A stretch of 64,000 bases of DNA from Octopus vulgaris (GCA_951406725.2 OX597824.1:51770001-51834000); one strand, 5' to 3'; numbered from the stretch's first letter, positions 1-14,209 are shown. Numbers and translations are program-made. The notes: generated by a model not told the origin, from the sequence alone.

Positions 1-24
1 CGTACATATATATACAATTCGACC

Positions 25-3000
25 ATTTGGCAGAGTCATTACATCGAAGGAAACAGTTAAAATTACTCAGAGTTCAAATCCCGCTGAGGTAAACTATACC
101 TTTCATCCTTTTAGGATTCATAAATAAAGTACCAGTCAAGTACCAGGACCGATCCTTCTCTTTCTTTTACTTCACTATTTCTGTCTGACTTATTCTCTTC
201 TGGAAGAAATCAGCTGTGATCGGACGTTGAGGGGGATGAGCTCTGCCAGATCAAAAATTGACCAAGACACGCCGTATGTCACGATGGTACTCCTACGATT
301 TTCAAGGTGTTGAGAGCCTATGACTATATAATATAATAGGTATTTATGTACATACATATATGCATTTAAACGTTAGTTGAGTACATCAATCAATGCAACA
401 AGCAAGTTTAATGAAAGAAAATAGGAATTAAAGCATTTGCTTTTACTTCGTTCCCTTTTTCTGCTTAGATTCCGTTTTTTATTCTCTTATTTCAGTCTTC
501 TGCTATTTCTCTTCCTCTCTCCACCTGTCTCAACCTACCGCTCTGTTTCCGACACATCTCATCCTCCACCTCATTTGTCTTCCCCTTAAACAATCACAGG
601 GAAATAACTCTTTACACTCCTTTCGTTACATGTGTTACAAACAGGAAATACGGTATTATATCCTCGATACAATTATAGGTATTCCATCAATGCATTTGCT
701 GGCGCTGCTTTTGGTATTGATGTTGTTATTCATGTGTTCATTGTAATAAGACTGCTACTGCCGCCGCCGCTGCTGCTGCTCACTGTCGTCATAATTCCTT
801 TAATCAATGTTTGTTATCGTTGTCATAATTATATGATAGAAGAAAAACATAAAATTTTAAATGTAAATGATATAAAGAAATAAAAAAAGAAACACAAAAC
901 CAAATAATTATTTCTACTAAAAGAACAAGGCCTGAAATTCAGTGGGAGGGGACTAGTCCATTACATCGACCCCCAGGGTTTCACTGGTACTTAATTTATC
1001 AACCCCGAAAGATAAAGTCGACCTCGGCGGAATTTGAACTCAGAACGTACCGACGGGCGAAATTCCACTAAGCATTTCGTCTGACGCGCTTATGATTCTG
1101 CCAGCTTGACGCCCTATAAAACTAAATAATAAAGTATATAATTGATAAATATATAAATAGCAAAAACAAAACATTATTATGAATATTTAAAATAGTAATG
1201 GTGTTGTAAATTAAAGCGTCGAGCTTGAAAAAATCGTTAGCGCACCGGACAAGATCCTTAGCGGCATTTCGTCTGTCTTCACAATTTGAGTTCAAATTCC
1301 GCCGAGCTCGACTTTGCTTTCCATCTTTCTAGGCGTCAATAAAATAAGTACCAGTTGAGCACTGTGGTCGGTATAATCGACTTAACCCCGCCTCGAAATT
1401 GCTGGCTTTGTGTCAAAATTTGAAGTGAATAACGGTTTCTAAATTTGGTCCAAAACCCGTGGTTTTAAGAGGCTGGATTGGTCGAAACTGAAAAGCCAGT
1501 TCTGGCTGCTTTATTCCATAGAGCCCGAAAGGATAAAAGGTAATGTTGGCTTCGGCAAAACTGAACGTCGATCATTAAGAACCGAAACAAATACCGCAAT
1601 GCATTTCGTTCCGTTTATCCACTGTCAATTGAATAAAACCAGAAAATTGAAGGGAGGGGTTAACCGATTATATCTGTGTCAGGATTTGACTAGTACGTTA
1701 TTCTCAACATGAATTTGACAATGTGGTTGGGCAAAGGTAAGTGGTTGGTGAGTTCTTTGATGTCTCATCCAACCTTCCAGTTGGCCGGTCTTCAGCGCCG
1801 TGCAACTGTTGCTCTAGACGGGATATCATGCCTGGTCCCACGATATTCATCTGTGCATTTTTCTGCACTCGGCTTTCGATTGTTCAAGGAATATTTTCCA
1901 TGACCCTATTATTTGAGCAAATGATACTGTTTTAGAGAAGAGTTTTATGGGTTTTTTTTTGCCTTTTTCTTTAGCTATTGTTAGCTGTGGTACGAAACAC
2001 TTAGTGGTATTTCGTCGAGGTTAACTTTGCCTTTCATCCTTTCAGTGTCGATAAATTAAGTACCAGGGAAACACTGGAGCAGATGTAATCGACTAGTCCC
2101 CTCCACCATATTTCAGGCCTATAGTAGAAGCATTATTATTATTGTTTCTGCTGCTCTTACTGTCATTACAATAATAACCCATTCTACAATAAACTTAAGG
2201 CTTGAAATTTGGGAGAGGGGCTAGTCGATTACATCTACTCCAGTACTCAAATGTACACATCGATACCAGTAGGAGGAAAGGTAAAGTCCACCTCGGAGGA
2301 ATTTGAACTCAGAACGTACAGATAGACGAAATGCTAACGATTCTAATTTCTTTATTGCCCACCCTGGAATAAATATAGAGAGGACAAACAAGGACAGACA
2401 AACGGATTAAGTCGATTATATCGACCCCAGTGCGTAACTGGTACTTATTTAATCGACCCCGAAAGGATGAAAGGCAAAGTCGACCTCGGCAGAATTTGAA
2501 CTCAGAACATTTTATGTTCTATACCGCTAAGCATTTCGCCCGGTGTCCTAACGATTCTGCCAGCTCGTCACCTTTGTCATTGTAATAATACTTATTTCAC
2601 ATTTTTGCCACAAGGGCAGCTTGGAGGAGATGGGGGATGAGTCGATTACATCGATCCCAGTGTTCAGCTAGTACTTATTTTATCGACCCCGAAAGGACGA
2701 AAGGCAAAGTAGACCTCGGCAGAATTTGAACTTAGAACGTAACGATGGGCAAAATACCGCTAGGCATTTCGCCAGCGTGCTAACGCTTCTGCCTGCTCGC
2801 CGCCTTAGTCATTACAATAATAATAATTATTATTGAAGGCAAGGTGCAAGCTGGTAGAATCGTTATCACACGGACAAAATGCTTTATGGCATTTCTTCCA
2901 GTTCTTTAAGATCGGAGTTTAAATATCACCGATGTCTATTCTGGCTTTCCTCCTTTCGGGACAAAAAAATAAATACCATTCAAGCCCTTGAATCGATGTA

Positions 3001-4160
3001 ATAGACTTCCCTGCCCCTCAAAATTGCTGGCTTCGTACCAAACATGTGTTGTGGTCAAGTACAGAGAGATGTAACAGAGTGACGTCGTAGTAGGATGGTG
3101 TAATCAATATGGTCGTGGTCCAGTACAGAGGGCAACATGGTCGTGGTCACCCTGTCACATCTTTCGGTACTATTTAGTGGAGGTACGTGTCTTAGTGGTT
3201 AAATTATTGTACTCATTATTCTAAGATTGTGCTTTCGGTCCCTGGACTGGGCGATGTGTTGCTTTCTTGAGCAAAATACTACATTTCACGTTTCCCCAGT
3301 TCACTCAGCTGGCAAAGATGAGTAATCCTACAAGGCACCGGCGTCTCATCCAGAGAGGTAATATATATACGCCACCGAATCAGGAAAACCGGCCTTAAGA
3401 GCCTATGGTCAAGGGAAGGACTGTTGTCAGAATCGTCATGGCGCCGGACAAAATGCCTAATAGCATTTCTTCCGACTCATTATGTTCTGAGTTCAAATGC
3501 CGCTGAGGTCTTGCCTTTCACTCTTTCGAGGTGGATAAAATAAGCACCAGTTGAGAATTGGGGGTTGATGTAATCGACTTGCTCCCTCCCACGAAATTTC
3601 AGGCTTTATGCTTATTGCAGGAAGAATTATTATTAGCGATGTATCTTCCGGCTCTTTACGTTTTGATTTAAAAAACCGCTGATGTTAACTTTATTTTTCA
3701 TCTTTTGCAGGCGATAAAATAAAGTACCAGTCAGGTATTGGGGTCACTGTAATCTACTTGACTCTTACCGCTAAAATTGCTGACTTTGTGACAAAATTTG
3801 AAAGAATATAACTGAAGGCGGGTATTGTGTAAAAGTTTTAATGCACCAGACAAACTCTATCTATGTTGACTTTATTGCCTTTTAACATTCCGGATTGGTT
3901 AAAATTATTACCAATCAACTATATTTCCCCACCCACTCCAGTGTATGTCCCTATGTCGATAATAGTTTCAAATTTTGGCATAAGGCCAGCAATTTTATGG
4001 GAGGGGTAAGTCGATTACGATGACACCAGTACTCAACTGGTACTTATTTTATCGAATCCGAAAGGATAAAAGGCAAAGTCGACCTCGCCGAAATTTGAAC
4101 ACAGAACATAAAGATGAACAAAATGCTGCTAAAGATTCTGCCAGTTCACCGACTTCCTTA
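25..4160. mobile_element. Dense cluster of about 14 copies/fragments of tRNA-derived SINE family A (~210 bp) in both orientations
   Basis: Shared sequence ggcgagctggcagaatcgttagc...gagttcaaattccgccgaggtcgactttgcctttcatcctttcggggtcgataaaataagtaccag with an (ATT)n tail. Approximate copies: 25-152+, 905-1114-, 1215-1425+, 1435-1612-, 1640-1710-, 1990-2140+, 2175-2345-, 2347-2575-, 2595-2806-, 2835-3045+, 3425-3632+, 3635-3810+, 3815-3920+, 3962-4155-. Confidence 0.9.
3179..3420 (+). mobile_element. Degraded tRNA-headed SINE (family C-like head/core, different tail)
   Basis: A-box-like gtcttagtggtta, core ttcttgagcaaaatactacatttcacg and cactcagctggcaaagatgagt, shared with the 4232-4549 element. 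Confidence 0.65.
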
Positions 4161-4231
4161 TATCAGTACTAACAAAAGAAATGATTGCAGCATAGATTAA
4201 GAATTAATCCAACCGAAACAATCCTTTTTTG

Positions 4232-4549
4232 ACTCCGCCGGTTACGACGACGAGGGTCCCAGCTGATACGATCAACGGAACAGCTTGCTCGTGAAATTAA
4301 CGTGCAAATGGCTGAGCATTCCACAGACACGTGTACCCTTAACGTAGTTCTCGGGGATAATCAGCGTGACACAGAGAGTGACAAGGCTGACCCTTTGAAA
4401 TACAAGTACAACTCATTTTTGCCAGCTGAGTGGACTGGAGCAACGTGAAATAAAGTGTCTTGCTCAAGGACACAACGCGTCGCCGGGAATCGAACTCACA
4501 ACCTTACGATCATGAGCCGAATGCCCTAACCACTAAGCCACGCGCCCTC
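4232..4549 (-). mobile_element. tRNA-derived SINE family C, well preserved copy
   Basis: The minus strand begins gagggcgcgtggcttagtggttagggc (A box)...gagttcgattcccggc (B box), followed by gttgtgtccttgagcaagacact. Related copies lie at 8085-8362 and 42912-42972. Confidence 0.85.
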
Positions 4550-4649
4550 ACAACCGAAACAATAACAACAACAATAATGTTGTTCGACCACAGTAACAAC
4601 AACAATAATACTGCAAGAGCTATTAATACGAACAACGAAGGAGGCTCTT

Positions 4650-4840
4650 CATTGTTTCTCATTTTGCTAAAATAGTAGCAACATTTCCTCAAATCATATC
4701 CAACTATCAAAAAAGAACAAATCAGACGGTATGGTCATATGCAATGCATTTGATAATTGGCATGTTGGATCAAGGCGGCACTGGAGTTCAACAACAACAA
4801 CAAAGATGACGACGTCAATTACAGCAAAAACAACATCGCT

Positions 4841-4875
<35 letters not shown>

Positions 4876-5050
4876 GAAGTCAACGAAGGAACCTCAATGT
4901 ATCTCCCTGCAAGAAATAACTCATGAATTTCCTTCAGATCACACGCTACTGCCTTAAAAAGAAGGACACACTGAACTATGTGCTTCTACTCAAGACTGGA
5001 AAACTTTGACCATAGATCTGCCATATTACTGCTGACGTGAGGCGAAGCAA
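4650..5050 (+). repeat. Two degraded copies of interspersed repeat family D, followed by (AAC)n
   Basis: Motifs like ctgctagaaatagcagccaaat..ctcaaatcac and a terminal gatcagggctgacctgg recur at 28070-28250, 28655-28792 and 43125-43570. Confidence 0.55.
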
Positions 5051-5565
5051 CAACAAAAACAGAGACAACAACAATAACAGATGACAGTCAATTACAGCAA
5101 AAACAACATCGCTAGCATAAATAACCCAAGCAACAGCAAAAGCAGCAACACGAACAACGTGGAGAATATTGAAATATAAACAAAGTATGCATCATAGACA
5201 ACAAAATATTAAAAGAAAATAGTAAAAACTCTCAATAAGAACATAATCTCTCTCTCTCTTTTTTTTATATTGATTAACCTAAATGGAAAGGAATAAAAAA
5301 ATTGTTTACGAAATTGTTTTGGCGAATGGAAGTGGCGCTGGTAGTTCTGTTGATGTATAGTTGTTGATATTGTTGGTGATGATGGTGATGGTGATGATGA
5401 TGAAGTCTGTAATCTTCGACACCGCCTTTAAAAAACGAACTAGCTGCTTCCGAAGGAAACCTGCTCAGCTGGAAGTAGGAAATAATACTTGCGGCATTTG
5501 AACTCAGAATGTAAAGCCGTAAGAAAAGACAAATAATAATGATAATAATGATGATGATGATGATG

Positions 5566-5615
<50 letters not shown>

Positions 5616-5894
5616 TTCATCGACCCTGAAACGATGAACAAAACAGTATAGCATATTAGGCGACGCCCTAACTACTCTGCCAGTTCCTTGCCCCTTTAAA
5701 TGGTTCCTTATTTGGGCTTGACGTTAAAAATACCATCGATCCCATTATTTGACAGGTACTTTATTTTACCAATTCCGGAAGGAGGACATCGCTGGGGTTT
5801 GAACTCATAAAGAGTTTGAAGAAATACTGCAAAGTGTTCTTTTTTTCCGATGCCCTAAGGCCTGTGGCCTTTGGAAAATAGATAATAATGATAA

Positions 5895-6055
5895 TCACTC
5901 TAATATAAGCGCAAAGCTTAAAATTTGGGAGAGCAAGGTAATCGATTTCATCGATCCCAGTTCGCAATTGGTATTTTGTTTTCATCTACCTTGGAAGAAT
6001 GAAAGGCAAAGTCGACTTCAGCGGCATTTGAACTCAGAATGTAAAGCCGTAAGAA
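5895..6055 (-). mobile_element. SINE family A fragment
   Basis: gaatgaaaggcaaagtcgacttcagcggcatttgaactcagaa. More fragments lie at 5615-5850. Confidence 0.75.
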
Positions 6056-6061
6056 AAGACA

Positions 6062-6095
6062 AATAATAATGATAATAATGATGATGATGATGATG

Positions 6096-6153
<58 letters not shown>

Positions 6154-6173
6154 TGATGATGATGATGATGATG

Positions 6174-6207
<34 letters not shown>

Positions 6208-6247
6208 TGATGATGATGATGATAATAATAATAACAATAATAATAAC

Positions 6248-6298
<51 letters not shown>
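6062..6298. repeat. Compound (AAT)/(GAT) microsatellite
   Basis: Direct reading. Confidence 0.98.
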
Positions 6299-6450
6299 CA
6301 ATACCGGCTGATGACAACGTGTCTCTGATGGAGAAACTCTCAAAATGATGAAATGAGGTAACTAGAATAATAATAATAATAATAATATTCAGACAAATAC
6401 ATAACAAAAACACCAACAACAACAACAGCAATAACTGCACACATCCTGAT
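6297..6450 (+). mobile_element. Heavily deleted R4/Dong 3' fragments (same type as 24155-26532)
   Basis: atcaataccggctgatgacaacgtgtctct, attcagacaaatacataacaaaaac and gcacacatcct match 24673-24702, 26320-26344 and 26397-26407. Confidence 0.7.
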
Positions 6451-6493
6451 CAGAGATCACAGATGATGTAGTGATGCTATAAAAATAAAACTA

Positions 6494-7857
<1,364 letters not shown>

Positions 7858-7860
<3 letters not shown>

Positions 7861-8074
7861 CCTTTCTGTTATAGACACAAGGCCTGAAATTGGTGGGAGG
7901 GGGACTAGTGGATTACATTGATCCCAGTGCTCAACTGGTACTTATTTCATCGACCCCGAAGGGATGAAAGGCAAAGTCCACCTCAGCGGAATTTGAACTC
8001 AGAACGTCGCGACGGGCGAAATACCGCTAAGCATTTTATCCAGCGTGCTAACGATTCTGCCAGCTTGATACCTT
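7858..8074 (-). mobile_element. SINE family A, full-length
   Basis: Matches family consensus end to end. Confidence 0.92.
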
Positions 8075-8084
8075 AATAATAATG

Positions 8085-8362
8085 ATGGACTCTCCTGTCG
8101 AACATGATGTATGAGCGTTCAGCTTATACCGAACGACCTGCATACAAATGTTTGTGCCTCACATTAGCTCACTCTCTCCATCAAATCAACGTTGTTTCAA
8201 AAGGTGCACTGTACACCATGCGTCAGCTATCGGAGTGATCACAGAGCAACGCGAAATGAAGTGTTTTGCTCAAGAACACAACGCACCAGCAGGTATAGGA
8301 ATTTAAACCAAGGTCTAGCGATGGTGAGTGCAACGCATTAACCACTAAGCTATGCGCCCTCA
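8085..8362 (-). mobile_element. SINE family C-like, degraded
   Basis: aaccactaagctatgcgccctc head and gtgttttgctcaagaacacaacgc core. Confidence 0.7.
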
Positions 8363-8376
8363 CTATGATAATAATG

Positions 8377-8449
<73 letters not shown>

Positions 8450-8451
<2 letters not shown>

Positions 8452-8848
8452 GCCCCGATGCAGTACCAGGCAGTGGCTCTCATGGCTTCTGATCTTAACT
8501 GATTGGAAGTGTTATCATGTACATAGTTTTGTCTTGATACAAAAGATAGGTATAAAAGCAAATATTCTGCTCAATACCACAGATTTGCTTGTCAGTTGTT
8601 TGACCATGCCCCTTAGTGGCTGACAATGTGTGCATCTCTGATCACGAGCAGAAGTAGTGGGGGGAATTATAGTCATGTGCTGGAGTAGCATCATAGTCAT
8701 GATGATGATGATGATGATGCGTCTTCCGTCAGTATCCTCGGTAAACGTTCAAGTGTTCGAAACATTATCAGACGAGTAGTCATGATGGGTATACTGGGCT
8801 TCGTATATTTTACTTCAATGTCACTTTGATAGCATGCACTGATCTCTC
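8450..8848 (+). mobile_element. Element E copy with internal replacement
   Basis: Both E termini are present; the middle is replaced by (GAT)n plus a 50-bp segment also found at 9878-9927. Confidence 0.88.
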
Positions 8849-8859
8849 AATAATAATAA

Positions 8860-9129
8860 TATAGAAATAATATACGAGACGTCATGGCAATGTAGCAAGG
8901 ATTGTCCATTGGACACTTTGCAACAAGTATGGACAGAGCAAAATGTGGTACGAATATAAACCCGAAGGCATCACTGAAAATGATAATGCAAAGATTGTTT
9001 ATATGATTCAGTGCGACCATGAGATAGAGAATAGGAAGCCAGACATACTGTTGATTGAGAAAGGAAACAAACTGGTAGTGAACAGCTGACACCGTAGTAC
9101 ATCTCCAGCGTTAGAAGCTGTGCAAAGGC

Positions 9130-9130
<1 letters not shown>
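8860..9130 (+). pseudogene. R4/Dong restriction-like endonuclease fragment, third sequence type
   Basis: Translates as RRHGNVARIVHWTLCNKYG..WYEYKPEGITENDNAKI..IQCDHEIENRKPDILLIEK (RH..HW and KPD motifs). Flanked by (AAT)n on both sides. Confidence 0.82.
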
Positions 9131-9200
<70 letters not shown>

Positions 9201-9272
9201 TAATAATAATGATAATGATAATAATGATAATGATAATAACAATAATAATAATAATAATGATAATAATAATAA

Positions 9273-9711
9273 TTTCATTGATTTGCCACGAGGGCGAAAG
9301 ATGAGTGTGACAATACAAAGACAGACATAACGTGTAGGGGTTTACATGTAATGAAAAGGAAGTATACGCGGTATACACTGAAAAAGAAAGGACGTATGCA
9401 TAGCATACAAAGGTTTAAAAAGAGAGAAGTGACCCTCCTGATGCAGGAAGGTCTCTAGGGATAATCGAAGAATCCTACTGTCCAAGATTTCCCTGAAACC
9501 CTAGGAGCAAGTGCCCTCTCCAATTCCTTTTCTCCGACTCACAGATCTACACTTAGGGAGGTACCATCCGCTCTTGCCATTTTCGCAACTTTTACCCAAT
9601 TTCAATAAACTGACTCGAGAACATCACTTCCCTCTCCATTTTCAATTTCCTTTTCAAGGGAAACTTGAAGAAGTCAATGAAAGCTCTACCAAAGGGGAAT
9701 GTATCTGTCCT
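9273..9711 (-). mobile_element. 3' end of an L1/Tx1-type LINE (ORF2 C-terminus and 3' UTR)
   Basis: The minus strand gives FIDFFKFPLKRKLKMEREVMFSSQFIE/WVKVAKMARADGTSLSVDL*, then a UTR ending gtggcaaatcaatgaaa+(TTA)n. Clade assignment is from recalled similarity. Confidence 0.6.
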
Positions 9712-9713
9712 AA

Positions 9714-9860
9714 CAAATATTCTGCTCAGTACCACAGATTTGCTTGCCAGTTGTTTGACCATAACCAGTTGAGCATGTCCCTTGATGGCTGTGAATCTCT
9801 GATCACGAGCAGAGGTAGTGGGGCAGCATTATAGTCATGTGTTGGAGGAGCATCATAGTC
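9714..9860 (+). mobile_element. Element E internal fragment
   Basis: caaatattctgctcagtaccacagatttgcttg...gatcacgagcagaggtagtgggg. Confidence 0.85.
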
Positions 9861-10273
9861 ATGATGATGATGATGATGCATCTTCCGTCAGAATCGTCGG
9901 TAAACGTTCAAGTGTTCGAAACATTACTTGATCATGCTATCAAGAAAAATGCAGTAAACTAATGACTGGTCTGGTTGAAAAAAATGTAGCTAACCAATTA
10001 TAAAAATTATTTTAAATAATTATGATATGCTGACCCTGGCCTCAACAACAACAACAACAACAACAACAATGCATCAACGTCACTAAATACCAGTTAAATT
10101 AAGATTTTATCGGAGTTTTATAACATGTGAATATTGATGTTTTCTTTGTCACAGACCTTTGCTGTAGCATTCATTCATATCAGCAGAACAACAGATCTAC
10201 AGTGCGCTGCAAATTTTATTCAATCTCTTGCTGAAAACGATATCTCTTCTGCTGTTCAAACACATGGTGGATG

Positions 10274-10313
<40 letters not shown>

Positions 10314-10320
<7 letters not shown>

Positions 10321-11181
10321 TTATTTTATTTATTAATACATTATATGATGAAACGCACGCACCCCCTTAATTAAGATTGTTCTTTATATCAAGTTTTTGT
10401 TCTTGATATTAACTCTCACGCGCACTCTTAACCTTTCTGTCCCATCCCTTTCTCAGCCTTCATTCTTTGTTTTCCTTTTCCTTTACTTAACTTGTCTCTT
10501 CCTCTCTCTCATTCTTCACTCTCTCTCTCCCCCTCTCCTTCCTTCATGGTTTCCTCGCAGCCATTCCCCTTCTTTTTTCCCCTTCTCTTGCTCCACCTCC
10601 CCCCTTCCCGTCGTTCACCCGCGACGTCACTTCCGCTGCTGTCTCTCTCGCCTGGCTCTCTCAAGGTAATGGACGACATTCCTTTTGGCTCCGCTCGTCG
10701 TCCATAAAAAATTCTGCGTTTGCAATACTTTTTTTCGTTCGGCGTCAACAGCCCTTCTTATCTTGTTTTTCCTTGTCCTGTCTTCTACTGTTTACAATTT
10801 GTACTGTCGTTACTGTCCTGTTGTTACTATTTTTTACCCCTCTGCGAAAAGATCTCAGAATTTTAATTGATTTGCTTTTCGCAGGAAGGAAAGTTTTCTC
10901 GTCGAAGATACGTCTCGCTTTTATCCTTCGAAACGTAGAGTAGATGAAAGCTTTAGCGACTGAAGAAGGGGCTTTTTCTTTGTGTTAATTGTCCTGTATT
11001 CTATTTTTTGCTGTTTTTAAATAAATGTCCAGTTCCTTTGGTTTGTGTCTATGTTTTCGTTTCTCATTGTGTTCGACGTCCTTTTGGTGTCCTGTACTCA
11101 TATATGCGTGTATATGTACATGTAGAGGTAGGTACGTACATATATGTCTATATATATGCATATGTTTTATTTTATTTATTA

Positions 11182-11192
<11 letters not shown>
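10314..11192 (+). mobile_element. Non-coding element with 33-bp terminal direct repeats in (TA)n; probable Penelope-like terminal repeat derivative
   Basis: atatgttttattttatttattaata(c/t)attatat occurs at 10314-10346 and 11160-11192. Its 3' half is colinear with the reverse complement of 14210-14535. Confidence 0.55.
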
Positions 11193-11241
<49 letters not shown>

Positions 11242-11884
11242 CACACACACAACAACATATATGTATTTGTGTGTATATATAGACACATGCATACATACAT
11301 ACGTACATAAAATAGCTAGCTAGCTAGATAGATAGAATGACAGATAGATATCAGTGAAGGATTTGCAATGTTATAATACATACACTCTGAAATTGTATGA
11401 GAGCTGCAGAATGAAACGGCTTTCATAAATTTATTGAAACCGGCAATTATTTGGCAAATATCGAAATGCTATCTCGAATATATGTGCGGTCTTGGACAAA
11501 TTAGAGTAGCTCATCCCGGTCGTACTACGTAAAAGGAAGAAAGCAGAATGTCTAGAATGTTGGCTAGAAGACTACACAGACCACAAATGTGTGAATTAAT
11601 CAATCAACTTAGAGAGTATTTTAGAATGGGAGTCTATTAGAGGAGCCTAAGCACATCGTTTATGACATGAAAATAAAATAACAATCCGGATAAGTAAGAC
11701 TGAGATGCGACTATATAAGCCCAAATGGTTTACATCACCAGCACATTTAATGTTCTTTTTCTATTGTGTGTGTTTAGATGAGGTTATCTTTTATTCTTAT
11801 TTCCACCCGGATCGATGACATGATATAGCAGTCAAATTTCCAACAAAAATAAAAGCCTCTAATGTAGAATTGTCAGAAATCATC

Positions 11885-12012
11885 CTCATCGTCGTCGTTG
11901 TTGTCGTCGTCGTTGTTGTCGTCGTCGTTGTTGTCGTCGTCGTTGTTGTCGTCGTCGTCGTCATCATCATCGTCATCGTCATCGTCATAATCATCGTTAT
12001 CATGATCATCAT
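11885..12012. repeat. (GTC/GTT/ATC)n microsatellite with a 15-bp higher-order unit
   Basis: gtcgtcgtcgttgtt is repeated about 4 times. Confidence 0.9.
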
Positions 12013-12014
12013 CT

Positions 12015-12375
12015 CAGTGAGGTCAACTTTGCCGTTCGTTCTCTCGGGGTCGATAAAATAAGTACCACATCAAGAACTGGATGTATTCGACTTACCCTTC
12101 CCCTCTAAAAACTGTTGGCACTGTGCGAAAATTTAAAACCATGATTATTACTATTATTATTTAAGGTGGCAAATTGGCAGAATAGCTAGAACACCTGGCG
12201 AAATGCTTAGCGGTATTTCGTCTGTCTTTATGTTCTGAGTTCAAATTCTGCCGAGGTCGACTTTGCCTTTCATCATTTCGCGGTCGATAAATTGAGTATC
12301 GATGCACCACTGGGGTCCATGTGATAGACTTATCCCCTCTCCCCAAATGGCTGCCCTTGTGAAAACATTATTATT
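12015..12375 (+). mobile_element. Two tandem SINE family A copies (5'-truncated plus full-length)
   Basis: Copies at 12015-12140 and 12163-12370 match the family. Confidence 0.88.
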
Positions 12376-13898
12376 ATTGTTGTCATTGTTAACATTATTA
12401 TAGAATTTGCAGTAGAGTTGGAGGCAACAACAAGAACAAAATAATTTTGTGTTATCGTTAACTGGTGATGAACTTATTGTTATTTTGTCCAGCTGTGCTA
12501 AGTCAGTGATGCAATGAGCAAATCATTTTAAACACTTATATCCATAACATTACGCAAAATATCCATGTTACTGCTTGCCTTTTTAAACGGTTACTACAAG
12601 ATAGAGTACAAATAATCAAATATACATATTGAAGGTCCCATAAATAATTTGTAGAAAAATCGTATGCAGGATTTAAATTAAATTGTGTATACCTAATTTA
12701 CTATAGTTCTTTTCTTAGATATCTGAACAGCACGTTTTAATTCTATGTAGCTTCACTTTATCTACCTGTCCGGAATAGGTACCTTATTTTCTGTGAATGT
12801 TATCACCTGAAGAACATCAGCATCTCAGCCAGCAGGTGCGGATTTATCTCCTACCCATTTAACCACCATAAAACCGGAGGTAAGTACTGCTCACTAAAAC
12901 CATATCTCCCTCTGAAAGTCAGATATAATAATTATTTTTACTTAGCCGACAGTTATTTACTTAGGAAACATATTCTGTACATTGTTTGTCCTCTAAATTA
13001 TTCATAAATTTCTATTAAATAAATCTTACGTAATATCTACTATAGATATATAAAAACACAAATCCGAATGAAATCAAGATCAACAAGAACCGATTTCCAA
13101 AAATCAAGACCTTCTTGATCGAAGGAGACCTACATCAATGCAGAAAGCAGTGTGTGTGCGCGCGTATGTCTGTATCTGTGTGGGTTTCTGAGCAATGAGG
13201 CTTCCCCACCATCAACAAGTATAAATAAATAAACACTGTAGTACCATCAATTAGATGTTATATTAATGCATCGTTTAAACTGGTATTTATCGCATAAAAT
13301 GTTGTTATGTGGGAGATGATTAACCTCAACTTTCATCATTTAAGCTGTCTACCCGAATCTCATATGTAAATAGTTGCCATTATAAATTATTATTATTATT
13401 TGCTTACAGGATGAAAAAAAAAAGGTTTTGATGAGTTCTCTTAACAGGCATTAAAACATACTCTGACGCCGCAGTGTCGGCTAGCTTCACACCAGCCTGT
13501 TTTTACAGATATTAAGCTACGCTTAAATTCCGAATAAACTATTAATCCGAAGAAGTGTGCAAACCGAGCATAACACTTAAAAACTTCTTGTACATATGTC
13601 TGCAAACACACACGCGCGCGCGCGCGCATACACACATGCACACGCACACACACGAACACACACGCATACACGCGCACAAACATTAGCATACTTAAACATA
13701 GACACACATGCACACATCAAAACACGCACGTATGTATAAATGTAATATGTGTGTGTGCGTGTGTGCGTGTGTGTGTATAGACCCACACACATGTGTATAT
13801 ATATATACATAAAATATATGTATATACGTGTATATATGTGTGTGTGTATTTATATGTATATATATATTTTTCCCAATTATATATATAAGTATATATTT

Positions 13899-13976
<78 letters not shown>

Positions 13977-14192
13977 GGCGCAGGCGTGGCTGTGTGGTAA
14001 GAAGCTTGCTTCCCAAACACATGGGTCCGCGTTTAGTGTGCCCCAGCAACTTAGCGCTTCAACAAAGAGACCGATAGAATATGTACTATGCTTTAAAATA
14101 ATTTCTGGGTTCAACTTATTCGACACAAACACTCCAAGGCGGTGCTCCATCATGGCTGCAGCCAAATGACTGAAACAATGAAAGAATAAAAA
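13977..14192 (+). mobile_element. SINE family B, internally deleted
   Basis: Head ggcgcaggcgtggctgtgtggtaagaagcttgc is joined to tail ggcggtgctccatcatggctgcagccaaatgactgaaac. Confidence 0.85.
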
Positions 14193-14209
14193 AATACATG
14201 CATATATAC

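Noticed and set aside
900-4160. CRISPR-like or tRNA gene array
   Set aside because: The units are ~200-bp diverged SINEs in mixed orientation, and the heads do not form complete cloverleaves.
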